From Desulfocapsa sulfexigens DSM 10523 (GTDB taxonomy: Bacteria > Desulfobacterota > Desulfobulbia > Desulfobulbales > Desulfocapsaceae): a stretch of DNA of 32,000 bases. Positions 10,647 through 20,234 of the stretch are shown piece after piece. The notes beneath the pieces are model-generated. The model saw only the letters and a list, made by a program, of their open reading frames with translations. It was not told where the DNA came from and made no database searches. Location: NCBI RefSeq assembly GCF_000341395.1, contig NC_020304.1, positions 2,160,001-2,192,000 of the forward strand, written 5' to 3'. Position 1 is the first letter of the stretch, and each line of letters begins with the position of its first letter. A program made the position numbers and the translations under genes.

Positions 10647-11702
10647 TCACTTGTCGCGCAGTAGAAGCTCGTATGCCTCAGTAAGACGAATAAACTTTTC
10701 CTGATCCCCACCCGTATCTGGATGGAGGGCCTTTGCTTTGGTACGGTACAATCGTGTGATTTCTTTTTTGTCAGCTTTTCTGAGGCTCTCTTCCGATTCT
10801 TCAAAAATTGCAGATATGTCATCTTTGCGGATAGTATTTTTTCTTTCCGGCCACCTAAACCCTCGGTGCCCGTCCATGAATTCTCTGGCCTGAGCGAATC
10901 TTCTGTTTCGATGTGGAAAACTTGAATCAAAAAAGAGAATAAGATAGCGAATCAGGTAATCGGGGAGGGCGTCGTAATTGGTTCGCTCCTGCCAGAAATC
11001 CTTATTTTTGTTCAGAAGGCAAAACTCCTCCATAAAGGCCTCGTCTATTTTCTCAGGTTCCAGGGCTTGAGGGATGCTTCGTGCATATGCCTCGGTGAAG
11101 TGTTTCTGCAGGTTGAGTGCGGTATAGAGGTAGGATTTTAATTCATGCTCACGAAGACGGGCTTCCTCTTCCAGAAAATACTGTTCAAGTTCATCACGTG
11201 ATCGGTTGAGGAGTTTTGCCTCAAGACGGGCAGGCATCTGCAGAGTGCTCCCCTGGTCGGTTGAACCAAAACGGAGAAAATGGAGCCGTCGTTTGTCAAA
11301 GGAGTGAGCAGGGCGCCCGTCAAAAGAGAGCAATTGTATCCCTGGTTTGAAGCGGGTGCTACGATTGGCCCGTGAAAAGAAATGCTCCATTTTGCGTTGT
11401 ACGGTTGGGTCTACAAAGGGCCATAGCAGTTGCTCCAGCTCTGGTTCCATGTCACGACCACAAAGTTTTTCAATATGGTGTACAAGGTCTGTATCCAGAT
11501 GGAAACAGGTATTATTGGGGTAGTGCAGGAAATTTTCCGGTGCGTATCCAAGATCAATTAATTCGGTTGTGCGAAAACAGTTTTCTTCAGCGTTCCAGTA
11601 AGCGAGTCGGAGGCTGTAGCGGGTGGGACTGCTGAGTACACTCCGGGACAGGTAAAGTGTTGGTTCCGGTTCACCGGGTTTTTGTAAGCTTTTAGTTGCC
11701 AC
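10647..11702 (-). CDS. Protein with C-terminal DnaJ-like J domain, unknown N-terminal region
   Basis: C-terminus DKKEITRLYRTKAKALHPDTGGDQEKFIRLTEAYELLL contains the HPD motif; the remaining ~300 aa match no family I recognise. Confidence 0.75.
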   Translation of the reverse strand: MATKSLQKPGEPEPTLYLSRSVLSSPTRYSLRLAYWNAEENCFRTTELIDLGYAPENFLHYPNNTCFHLDTDLVHHIEKLCGRDMEPELEQLLWPFVDPTVQRKMEHFFSRANRSTRFKPGIQLLSFDGRPAHSFDKRRLHFLRFGSTDQGSTLQMPARLEAKLLNRSRDELEQYFLEEEARLREHELKSYLYTALNLQKHFTEAYARSIPQALEPEKIDEAFMEEFCLLNKNKDFWQERTNYDALPDYLIRYLILFFDSSFPHRNRRFAQAREFMDGHRGFRWPERKNTIRKDDISAIFEESEESLRKADKKEITRLYRTKAKALHPDTGGDQEKFIRLTEAYELLLRDK

Positions 11703-12645
11703 TTGTCAGGATAAGATTTTTTAACCCGTCAATAAAGGTTGGGTTGCAGTTGAGTGATTGAGAGGACTCAAGGCGCATTCCAAGTGCCTTGGCCTGGTCG
11801 CGGTAGAGCATGTCAATCTCATAAAGTGTTTCCACATGGTCCGAGACAAAACTGATGGGCACCATAAGAATATTTTTGCACCCTTTTTGGGCAAGGCCTT
11901 GGAGCATGTCGGGTGTTGATGGCGCCAGCCATTCGACGGGGCCTGATTTGCTCTGGAAACAGAGTTCTCCAGGAAGATTTGTTATCTTCTCAATTTCTGT
12001 AATAGTGGCCTTAATATGATCGACGTATGGATCTCCCTCATCAATAAAAGAAACGGGGAGGCTATGAGCACTGTAGACGACCTGTGGCTGGTCAGGGGTA
12101 AAAGAGTTTGCCGTTTCAAGTATGTTGTGAGCCAGGGTTTGTATAAATTCAGGTTGGGTTGGCCAGGATTCTATGACTCTGAGGGAAAAGTCGTTTCCAG
12201 AACGGCTAATGGCCCGTTTGAGTTCCTGCACTGACGAACCAGTAGTGGCACATGAGTAGTGGGGGTAGAGTGCCAGAGCGATTATTGTAGTGATCCCCTT
12301 ATCGGCCAGTTTTTTTAAGGCGCTATCGCTATCGGGGTACCAGTAGCGCATGGCACATACTACCGTGTAGTTGCCGTGTTCGCGAAGTGCATTTTGAAGT
12401 GCTTTCGCCTGATCACTGGTGATGGTGGTGAGTGGCGATCCTCCACCAATTTTTTCATAGGTTCTCATGCTTTTTGGAGCCCGTCTTTTGGCGATGAGCC
12501 AGGCCAGTGGCTTTTGCATGAAGGATGGCCCGAGGCGAATGATATCCCGATCTGAAAAAAGATTGTAAAGAAAAGGGCGCACGTCAGCGAGTTTCTCTGG
12601 CCCGCCCATATTGAGAAGTACAACACCTGTTTGTTCTATTGTCAT
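11692..12645 (-). CDS. hemH: Ferrochelatase / coproporphyrin ferrochelatase
   Basis: GVVLLNMGGPEKLADVRPFLYNLFSDRDII; MRYWYP; PQVVYSAHSLPVSFIDEGDPY; VPISFVSDHVETLYEID. Confidence 0.96.
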   Translation of the reverse strand: MTIEQTGVVLLNMGGPEKLADVRPFLYNLFSDRDIIRLGPSFMQKPLAWLIAKRRAPKSMRTYEKIGGGSPLTTITSDQAKALQNALREHGNYTVVCAMRYWYPDSDSALKKLADKGITTIIALALYPHYSCATTGSSVQELKRAISRSGNDFSLRVIESWPTQPEFIQTLAHNILETANSFTPDQPQVVYSAHSLPVSFIDEGDPYVDHIKATITEIEKITNLPGELCFQSKSGPVEWLAPSTPDMLQGLAQKGCKNILMVPISFVSDHVETLYEIDMLYRDQAKALGMRLESSQSLNCNPTFIDGLKNLILTSGN

Positions 12646-13088
12646 CGCAGTTACCGTGTTTTATGCAAGAGTGAAAGGGTCTACTAAAAACCTGCTTGCA
12701 TCTTTATAACAGGTAGCAGGGTGGCAGAGAAGAGAAATGATTATGATTGGCTGATTGTTTAATTATAACATTTCTTGATTATCTGCGGATAGAACATATA
12801 ATAAGGGTAAGGTGTGCTTTTGCTGCTCGGGGTGTGTTGAAAGCAGAAGTTCTTTTAGAGTATGTCTTCACCCCGTGACAGGAACCATGCCAGGGAGCGT
12901 ATTTACGGATACGTTTGGTGATGATGATTTGTCATTGGCGGATCATCATTGTAGCTTGCACTGGCAAGCAGTAAGTGAGGATGGAATAAGTATCCTGTTA
13001 CCGCTTGTCAGGGCTTGGTGTTGTGCCGAACCTGCTTCCTTCCTTTGCTGTGGGAGAAACAGTGTAAGGCACTAAATGGAGGAACCGT

Positions 13089-13625
13089 ATGGATCTAAAG
13101 GTTGAAACCCGGAATGTTGAGTTGCGAAAAGGCTGGCAGATAAAGATTGATGAAGAAAAAGAAAAGCTGATCCGACATTTTGCCAATTTCGTTCTCCGCC
13201 TCCGTGTCTCCATCGAGGCAACGACTCATCATAAGGAGGGTGGTTATGAGTTAAAACTTGTAGCATCCGTTCCCAATGATACCGTTGTTGTGAGTAGAAA
13301 AGGGGAGAATGTGAGTCCCCTGCTGGTAGAAGCGTTTGATGTCCTTAATTTGCAGATGAAGGAGATGCAGCGTAAGAAGCGACAAGCCCAGAAGAACACT
13401 GACGCTTCAGCTGATGAGGGTGCGCGGTATGGTGTGATTCGTAAAGTATCTCCCTATGAGTCCTATGGGTTTATTGTAAGTCAGGATGCCCGGGAAATTT
13501 ATTTTCATGAGAATGCCTTGAAGGATATCTCCATTGACGCACTCACTGAAGGTGATGCTGTTGTGTACGGTGAGAGTTTTGGCGATAAGGGACCTCAGGC
13601 ATCATGGGTTCGTATGAATAACTGA
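13089..13625 (+). CDS. HPF/RaiA-like domain fused to a C-terminal cold-shock domain
   Basis: N-terminal ~100 aa resembling ribosome hibernation factors; C-terminal GVIRKVSPYESYGFIVSQDAREIYFHENAL...GDAVVYGESFGDKGPQASWVR is cold-shock-like. Confidence 0.8.
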   Translation: MDLKVETRNVELRKGWQIKIDEEKEKLIRHFANFVLRLRVSIEATTHHKEGGYELKLVASVPNDTVVVSRKGENVSPLLVEAFDVLNLQMKEMQRKKRQAQKNTDASADEGARYGVIRKVSPYESYGFIVSQDAREIYFHENALKDISIDALTEGDAVVYGESFGDKGPQASWVRMNN

Positions 13626-13651
13626 TAGTTTATAAAATATATGTTTTTCCA

Positions 13652-13691
13652 GGCCCAGTGCTGATCATTCAGTACTGGGCCTTTCTTTTTT
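13652..13691 (+). terminator. Rho-independent terminator
   Basis: Hairpin GGCCCAGTgCTGA-TCAT-TCAGtACTGGGCC followed by TTTCTTTTTT, just after the HPF-CSD gene. Confidence 0.92.
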
Positions 13692-13809
13692 GGCCGCGGA
13701 ATGGTAAAAAATAGATTCCATATTAGGGCAGGATATAGCTGCCGTATTGAGTTTCATATTATATTTATTTGAAATGATTAACATACATCATCATAGAAGG
13801 AGTTAGCTG

Positions 13810-14910
13810 ATGCTTCTACAGCAGCAGGATATTGGGTCTGAGTATTACAGTCTTGACCGGAAAGAAATAGTTGAGCGGATTGCTGCGAGAAAGCACGAGC
13901 TTGCTGATAATTTACTGATTCTCTGTCATCATTACCAGCAGCAGGATCTGTTTCAGTTTGCAGACCTCACCGGAGACTCTCTGAAACTGGCCAAGGATGC
14001 TGCTGCAATCAGTGATAAGGAATTTCTGATTTTCTGTGGAGTCCATTTTATGGCCGAATCTGCTGATATTCTGGCGAATGTTAACCAGAAGGTTCTTCTT
14101 CCCCATCTGCATGCCGGTTGTCCCATGGCTGATATGGCCACGGTGGGTGCCGTGAGCCAGGCCTATACGGAATTATTGAGTGTGGGGATTATGGCCGATG
14201 AAAAAGATATGGTTCCCGTGACCTACGTGAATTCCTCTGCAGCAATAAAGGCTTTTGTCGGCGAACGGGAGGGCTCCGTCTGCACTTCATCCAATGGCGA
14301 AAAGGTTCTCAAGTGGGCACTTGCCAAGGGGGAGAAAGTTTTCTTCTTTCCCGATGAACATCTTGGCCGTAATTCGGCAGCAGCACTTGGTGTTCCCGAT
14401 GAACAGGTGCTTCTCTGGCGGCGTGGAGAAATTCTGGGTGGAAACTCGGTGGCCGATCTTCGACGGGCAAAAATTCTTCTCTGGGATGGATACTGCGAAG
14501 TACATATGCGTTTTCTGCCGGATCATGTTCGTCAGTGGAAGCTCAGGGAACCTGATATTCAAATTATTGCTCATCCTGAATGTCCCCGGGATGTTGTGAG
14601 TATTGCTGATCAGTATGGCTCCACTGAAACTATAATCTCAGCTGTGAGAAATTCGCCTTCCGGCAGTAAATGGGCCATAGCCACCGAGATTAATCTAGTT
14701 GAGCGTTTGAAGCGTGAACATCCGGACAAGGATATCCATCTGCTGGCTCCCACCTCCTGTCAATGTACTACCATGGATTGCAATCAACCTGTTAACCTGC
14801 TTTGGCTTCTCGACAATCTTGCACATGGCAAGGTGAAAAATCAGATCACCGTGGAGAAAAAAATTGCGAAATCAGCCTCACTTGCACTTGAGCAGATGCT
14901 GGCCATTTAG
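13810..14910 (+). CDS. nadA: Quinolinate synthase A
   Basis: ILCHHYQQQDLFQFADLTGDSLKLAKDAA, IFCGVHFMAESADIL, LLPHLHAGCPMADM, VCTSSNGEKVLKWA, FFPDEHLGRNSA, HPECPRDVV, TSCQCTTMDCN. Confidence 0.96.
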   Translation: MLLQQQDIGSEYYSLDRKEIVERIAARKHELADNLLILCHHYQQQDLFQFADLTGDSLKLAKDAAAISDKEFLIFCGVHFMAESADILANVNQKVLLPHLHAGCPMADMATVGAVSQAYTELLSVGIMADEKDMVPVTYVNSSAAIKAFVGEREGSVCTSSNGEKVLKWALAKGEKVFFFPDEHLGRNSAAALGVPDEQVLLWRRGEILGGNSVADLRRAKILLWDGYCEVHMRFLPDHVRQWKLREPDIQIIAHPECPRDVVSIADQYGSTETIISAVRNSPSGSKWAIATEINLVERLKREHPDKDIHLLAPTSCQCTTMDCNQPVNLLWLLDNLAHGKVKNQITVEKKIAKSASLALEQMLAI

Positions 14911-14920
14911 GATCCGTTAC

Positions 14921-14998
14921 AAAATAACATGGTTATTTCTATCAATTTCGTTACGGAGCCTTATGCCGCTCCGGACGATAAGATGGCCATGTTATTTT
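14921..14998. other. Nested inverted-repeat element (outer 12-bp perfect arms)
   Basis: AAAATAACATGG (14921-14932) / CCATGTTATTTT (14987-14998), with inner TCGT-ta-CGGAGC-cttatgcc-GCTCCG-g-ACGA; followed by further T residues. Confidence 0.75.
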
Positions 14999-15137
14999 TT
15001 TACAGCGGCTTAGGCTGAAGACTGAAGACTTGAAGTCGAAGACTGGTAGTAGGAAATAACTCAAAATTCTTCAAACCATCCCTTTCAATCTGTAGTTTTT
15101 TTAGTCTGTAACCTTTTTTACTCTATGAGGAAAATCT

Positions 15138-17810
15138 GTGACCGAAGAAGTATATCTTGTTGATGGCAGTGCCTATATTTATCGTGCTTATCATGCCGTG
15201 GCGCCCCTGAGCAATGCCGAAGGCATGCCCACCCATGCTGTTTTTGGGTTTTTAAATATCCTGAAGCGGCTCTTAAAAGACAAACAGCCCAAATACCTTG
15301 CCGTTGCCTTTGATATGAGAGGCAAAGTGTTTCGTCACGAAATTTATCCAGAATATAAGGCAAACCGACCACCAATGCCCGATGATCTTGCGGTACAGAT
15401 TCCTTATATTAAGGAACTGGTACATGCCATGAATATTCCCTGTTTTGAGATTGAGGGGATAGAAGCAGATGATATTATTGCTGCCGCTGTCAAGGTTCTG
15501 AGCGGCCAGGAGCGAAAAATCGTTGTGGTATCCGGTGATAAAGATCTGTTGCAACTGGTGGATGATACGGTTGTGATGTGGGATCCGATGAAGAATAAGG
15601 TGATGGATAGTGATGCAGTTGAAGAGAAGTACCATGTGAAACCTGAGCAACTGCTTGATTGCTATTCACTTATGGGAGATAGTTCCGATAATGTGCCTGG
15701 GGTTCCCGGGGTTGGCCCTAAAACTGCTGAAAAGCTTATCAATGAGCATGGAACACTTGAAGGTGTATATGAAGCTTTAGGTAGTATGAAAAAATCAAAA
15801 CTCAGGGAGCGTCTCGAAGAAAACAGAGACAAGGCTTTTCTATCAAGGGAGTTGATTCGCTTAAAGGATGATGTCGATGTTCCTTCCCGTCTTTCCGGGT
15901 ATTTACCTAAGAGTCCCGATGAGGCACTGTTGAACGATCTCTACACCAGGCTTGGGTTCAGCAGTATGGTGAAGATTGAAAGTAAGGCTGTTCCGATTCC
16001 GACAGAAGGGTTTAAGCTGGTACGGACTGAAGATGAGTTGCAGAGTGTTGTGACCTCTCTCCAGGGTGCTGATCTTCTGGTGATCGATACCGAGACAAGT
16101 TCACTGGATGTCTCCCGGGCCACACTCGTTGGGATTTCGCTGTGTACAGACCTTCAGTCATCCTGGTATATTCCAGTTGGACATTGTGCAGAGGATGGCA
16201 GTCTGGCGGCGGGACAGCTACCAGCGTCCACTGTGATTGAGGCGCTCAGGCCGTATCTTGAATCTACCAGCTTACCTAAGCTTGGACATAATATTAAGTA
16301 TGACTATTCGATATTAAAGAAATCCTGCAATCTCAGCCTGAAAGGGCCGTTGTATGATTCCATGATCGCAGCCTATCTTATTGAATCGGGCAGAAGGTCC
16401 CTGAAACTCGACGATCTTTGCCTCGAGCATGGCCTTGCCTTAACCCCCTTTGACCAGGTTGTGGAGGATACCAAAAAAGAAAATTGTTTCGCATATGTTC
16501 CCATTGACCAGGCATGTAAATACAGCTGTGAAGATGTGTACGGGGCCTTACTGCTCTGGCAAAGCTATGAGCCACAGTTGAAAGAGCTTGAGCAGCTTGA
16601 GTTGTTTCTTGGAGTGGAGACTCCCCTTGTTCCAATTCTAGCGGATATGGAACTTGAGGGGATTACAGTCTCAAAAGCAGTCCTTGGGCAACTTGAAAAG
16701 GAGTTCCAAACAGAGCTTGATGCCCTGGAGGGTGAGATCTGCGCACTTGCCGGTTACAATTTTAATATTCAGTCTCCCAAGCAACTGGGGGTTCTTCTTT
16801 TTGAGGAGCTGGATTTGCCCCATGGCCGTAAAACAAAAACTGGTTATTCCACTGACATGAAGGTCCTGGAGAAGCTGGCTCCCAAGCATGAAATTCCGGC
16901 AAAGATTATGCGGTATCGCATTCTGGCAAAACTCCAATCTACCTACGTAAAGAAGCTGAAAAAATTGATAGATCCCGATTCCGGAAGGGTTCATACATCC
17001 TTTAATCAAACGGTTACAGCAACAGGCCGGTTGTCATCGAGCAACCCCAATATGCAGAATATTCCTATTCGCACAGAAGAGGGGAATCGTATCCGGCATG
17101 CCTTCGTTCCGGCCAAGGGCCTAGTGTTTCTCTCGGCAGACTATTCACAGATCGATCTTCGAGTCCTGGCCCATTATTCTCAGGATGCTGCTCTTTTGCA
17201 CGCTTTTCGTAACGGGGAAGACATTCATGCCCGTACTGCTGCAGAACTCTTTGCCGTGTCACCTCTGCTTCTCACCTCAGAGATGCGCAGGGTGGCCAAA
17301 TCCATTAACTTTGGGATCGTGTATGGTATGTCCAGTTTCGGGCTCTCAAATCAGTTGAATATCAGTCGCAGGGAGGCCAGCAGGTTTATTGAAAAATATT
17401 TTCATCTCTATGGTGGTGTGAAAACATTTATGGAAAAAGTGGTGGAGCAGGCACGTATCGATGAATATGTTACCACTCTGCTCAATCGAAGAAGGATGCT
17501 CCCGGAAATTAATGTGAAAAACAAGACACAAAGGGAGTTTGCCGAACGCACAGCTATTAACACTCCGATTCAGGGGAGTGCCGCTGACATTATCAAGCTC
17601 GCCATGGTTAAAGTTGTTCCGGCCTTACAGCGCGAAAATCTGTCGGCCAGGTTGTTGCTGCAGATTCACGATGAACTTGTTTTTGAACTTCCAGAAAGTG
17701 AACTGAAAGAAACCCAGGAAGTGGTTAGGGATTCCATGGAAGGAGCATTGCAACTTGATGTACCGCTGATTGTGAATTTTGAAATTGGTAAGAGTCTGGC
17801 GAAAAGTTGA
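15138..17810 (+). CDS. polA: DNA polymerase I (5' nuclease, 3'-5' exonuclease, polymerase)
   Basis: N-terminal DGSAYIYRAYHAVAPLSNAEGMPTHAVFGF; VSGDKDLLQLV; exonuclease DTETSSLD; polymerase SADYSQIDLRVLAHYS, RRVAKSINFGIVYGMSSFGL, LLLQIHDELVFE. Confidence 0.98.
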   Translation: MTEEVYLVDGSAYIYRAYHAVAPLSNAEGMPTHAVFGFLNILKRLLKDKQPKYLAVAFDMRGKVFRHEIYPEYKANRPPMPDDLAVQIPYIKELVHAMNIPCFEIEGIEADDIIAAAVKVLSGQERKIVVVSGDKDLLQLVDDTVVMWDPMKNKVMDSDAVEEKYHVKPEQLLDCYSLMGDSSDNVPGVPGVGPKTAEKLINEHGTLEGVYEALGSMKKSKLRERLEENRDKAFLSRELIRLKDDVDVPSRLSGYLPKSPDEALLNDLYTRLGFSSMVKIESKAVPIPTEGFKLVRTEDELQSVVTSLQGADLLVIDTETSSLDVSRATLVGISLCTDLQSSWYIPVGHCAEDGSLAAGQLPASTVIEALRPYLESTSLPKLGHNIKYDYSILKKSCNLSLKGPLYDSMIAAYLIESGRRSLKLDDLCLEHGLALTPFDQVVEDTKKENCFAYVPIDQACKYSCEDVYGALLLWQSYEPQLKELEQLELFLGVETPLVPILADMELEGITVSKAVLGQLEKEFQTELDALEGEICALAGYNFNIQSPKQLGVLLFEELDLPHGRKTKTGYSTDMKVLEKLAPKHEIPAKIMRYRILAKLQSTYVKKLKKLIDPDSGRVHTSFNQTVTATGRLSSSNPNMQNIPIRTEEGNRIRHAFVPAKGLVFLSADYSQIDLRVLAHYSQDAALLHAFRNGEDIHARTAAELFAVSPLLLTSEMRRVAKSINFGIVYGMSSFGLSNQLNISRREASRFIEKYFHLYGGVKTFMEKVVEQARIDEYVTTLLNRRRMLPEINVKNKTQREFAERTAINTPIQGSAADIIKLAMVKVVPALQRENLSARLLLQIHDELVFELPESELKETQEVVRDSMEGALQLDVPLIVNFEIGKSLAKS

Positions 17811-17885
17811 TGTATCATTTGTAAATCAGTCTCCATGCCATTACTCCCAGCGTAGGCACGGTGCTTCTTGGGAAGAAAAATACAC

Positions 17886-17920
17886 ACCCAACACCGGCAA
17901 ACGGTTAGTGAGTCGGTGTT
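17886..17920. terminator. Candidate hairpin terminator between convergent polA and gltA
   Basis: Perfect 9-bp arms CCAACACCG / CGGTGTTGG; T-rich tails on both strands are weak (tttgtttg on +, tgtattttt on -). Confidence 0.45.
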
Positions 17921-17940
17921 GGTTTGTTTGAAACACTGTT

Positions 17941-19233
17941 TTATACTCTTTCGTGGAGTGGAATAAAATCTCGTTGTTTTGGACCATCGTATACCTGGCG
18001 AGGTCTTCCGATTCGTAAATTTTTGGTATCCAGCATCATTTCTCTCCAGTGGGAAATCCAACCGGGAAGTCTGCCCATGGCAAACATTACCGTGAACATA
18101 TTCGTTGGAATGCCCATGGCTCGATAGATAATACCGGAGTAAAAATCGACGTTGGGATACAGATTGCGACTGATGAAATAATCATCATTTCTAGCGATGT
18201 CCTCAAGCTCCATGGCAATATCCAGGAGCGGGTCATCGACGTTCAGGGCTTTCAGGGTTTTGGCACAGGCGCGTTTGATGATGGTGGCCCGTGGGTCAAA
18301 TGTTTTGTAGACGCGATGGCCAAAGCCAGTGAGGCGGAATGGATCGTTGGGATCCTTAGCCTTTTTGATGTATTTCTCAAAATCATTATTGTCGCGATGG
18401 ATCGCCATAAGCATTTCAACTACAGCCTGGTTGGCTCCTCCGTGCAAGGGGCCCCACAATGCGCTGATACCGGCAGAGATAGAAGTGTATAGGTTTACTC
18501 CGGCACTGCCGACGAGGCGTACCGTTGATGTTGAACAGTTCTGCTCATGGTCCGCATGGAGTATGAGCAGTTTGTTGAGGGTGGCAACCACTTCCGGGTG
18601 AACCACATAGGGTTTTACCGGCTTGTCGAACATCATATTGAGGAAGTTTCCGCAATAGGAGAGATCGTAGCGGGGATAAACCAGTGGGTGACCAACGGAT
18701 TTCTTATAGGAAAATGCGGCAATGGTCCTGATTTTAGAAAGGATTCTTGCTGCAATCTCAGGAAGTTCTTCTTCGCTTTCACTGGTCATTTCAGGATAGT
18801 AATTCTGGAGCGTGTTGACCATGTTGGAAAGGATGGCCATCGGAGGTGCGTTGGGAGGAAAATGATCAAAAAAGTGAATCATGTCTTCGTGGATCAGGGC
18901 GTAACGAGATAGAAGTTCCCGGAAGTCATTCAGCTGTTTCTGAGTGGGAAGTTCTCCTATGAGTAGAAGGTAGGCCACTTCCACAAAGGAGCAGTTTTCA
19001 GCAAGAGTTTCTATCTCGTAGCCGCGGTAATTGAGAATACCTTTTTCACCGTCAAGAAAGGTAATCTGTGAGTTACAGGAACCTGTGTTCATGTAGCCGG
19101 AATCCAAGGTGATGTATCCGGTTGTGCCACGTAGTTTGCGGATGTCGATGGCTTTGTCGCCCTCGGTTCCGAGGACGATTGGGAATTCGTAGCTTTTACC
19201 GTCTATGGTCAATGTTGCATGTTTTTCTGACAT
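17941..19233 (-). CDS. gltA: Citrate synthase
   Basis: GILNYRGYEIETLAE, LHADHEQNCSTSTVRLVGS, LWGPLHGGANQAVVEML, FRLTGFGHRVYKTFDPRA, GIIYRAMGIPTNMFTVMFAMGRLPGWISHW. Confidence 0.97.
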   Translation of the reverse strand: MSEKHATLTIDGKSYEFPIVLGTEGDKAIDIRKLRGTTGYITLDSGYMNTGSCNSQITFLDGEKGILNYRGYEIETLAENCSFVEVAYLLLIGELPTQKQLNDFRELLSRYALIHEDMIHFFDHFPPNAPPMAILSNMVNTLQNYYPEMTSESEEELPEIAARILSKIRTIAAFSYKKSVGHPLVYPRYDLSYCGNFLNMMFDKPVKPYVVHPEVVATLNKLLILHADHEQNCSTSTVRLVGSAGVNLYTSISAGISALWGPLHGGANQAVVEMLMAIHRDNNDFEKYIKKAKDPNDPFRLTGFGHRVYKTFDPRATIIKRACAKTLKALNVDDPLLDIAMELEDIARNDDYFISRNLYPNVDFYSGIIYRAMGIPTNMFTVMFAMGRLPGWISHWREMMLDTKNLRIGRPRQVYDGPKQRDFIPLHERV

Positions 19234-19517
19234 CGTGTACCTATATTTCTATGCTCAAAGAGCGTATTACAGACTGGCGACTTTATGTCGCTTCTGGGAG
19301 ATGGAGTGCAGGAGCAAGGGGAAAAATATCAGTGCCCTAAAAAACTATGGCGTAATGCTGTGCTGATAGTTTTCTGATCAAGCAGAAGTCTGTCAAATGA
19401 TGGCAGAGGCTTTACTCCTGGAACGATAATGTAACAGAAGTTTGTTATAAAATCAAGATTTGGGACAATGTCCATAATATCTCTCTGGAGGACATGCTTG
19501 AGAGAGAAGGGAAACAT

Positions 19518-20234
19518 ATGATGCAGTCAGTACAAGGGGTTGTGAATCATCAGTTGTATGAGAGCCGGCTCAAGCAGTTTGAGGATGAGGTTGGGGTTTA
19601 TCCGGTGAGTTGTGAGCGACTCGCAGCCGGACGCAGTGACCTGGAATGGCTTGACCAGGTGATAGCCGGAGGAAGCAGGATAGTACAGCTTCGTGATAAG
19701 GATAGTTCGGATAGGGATCTTCTCGCAAAGGCTCGTTATTTCAGAAAAAAAACCAGTGAAGCCGGCGTGTTGTTTTTCTTGAACGATAGGCTTGATATTG
19801 CACTCCTTTCCGATGCCGATGGCATGCATGTCGGGCAGAAAGATTTGCCACCGTCAGAAATCCGAAAACTTGCCCCTGATATTTTAATCGGCTTCTCCTG
19901 TAATACTGAGGAACAGGTCAGGGTTCTGGGTGAGGAGGTGAAACGAGGAACAAGTGCTGTTTCTTATTATAATATCGGGCCTCTTTTTGAAACCGGAACA
20001 AAGGAGGGGTTACATCATTTTTTGGGGGCCGATGGGATTGGTAAATTTTCCCGGCATTGTAGTCTACCCTTCACTGTTATGGGTGGGATAAAACTGGGTC
20101 ACCTTGACGAGGTGCTCCGTGCCGGGGCAAGGCGAGTTGCAGTGGTGACGGCCCTCAGTGGCGCAGATGATATAGCTTTTGAGACAGCGCACTGGCAGCA
20201 GCGTGTTCTGTCCGGACGGAAAGAGAGTTGCTGA
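19518..20234 (+). CDS. thiE: Thiamine phosphate synthase-like protein
   Basis: GGSRIVQLRDKD, FFLNDRLDIALLSDADGMHVGQKDLP, IGFSCNTEEQV, YYNIGPLFETGTKEG, FTVMGGIKLGHLDEVLRAGARRVAVVTAL; SD AGAAGGGA before ATG 19518. Confidence 0.88.
   Translation: MMQSVQGVVNHQLYESRLKQFEDEVGVYPVSCERLAAGRSDLEWLDQVIAGGSRIVQLRDKDSSDRDLLAKARYFRKKTSEAGVLFFLNDRLDIALLSDADGMHVGQKDLPPSEIRKLAPDILIGFSCNTEEQVRVLGEEVKRGTSAVSYYNIGPLFETGTKEGLHHFLGADGIGKFSRHCSLPFTVMGGIKLGHLDEVLRAGARRVAVVTALSGADDIAFETAHWQQRVLSGRKESC

Noticed and set aside
12812-13075. 87-aa Cys-rich ORF upstream of the HPF-CSD gene
   Set aside because: Composition looks like translated non-coding sequence and no RBS or domain was seen; left as leader/intergenic sequence.
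19285-19330. Possible hairpin AAAACTAT/ATAGTTTT near 19340-19370 upstream of gltA
   Set aside because: Only 8 AT-rich pairs with a long loop; too weak to call. The true repeat lies slightly downstream of the listed interval, and coordinates are approximate.
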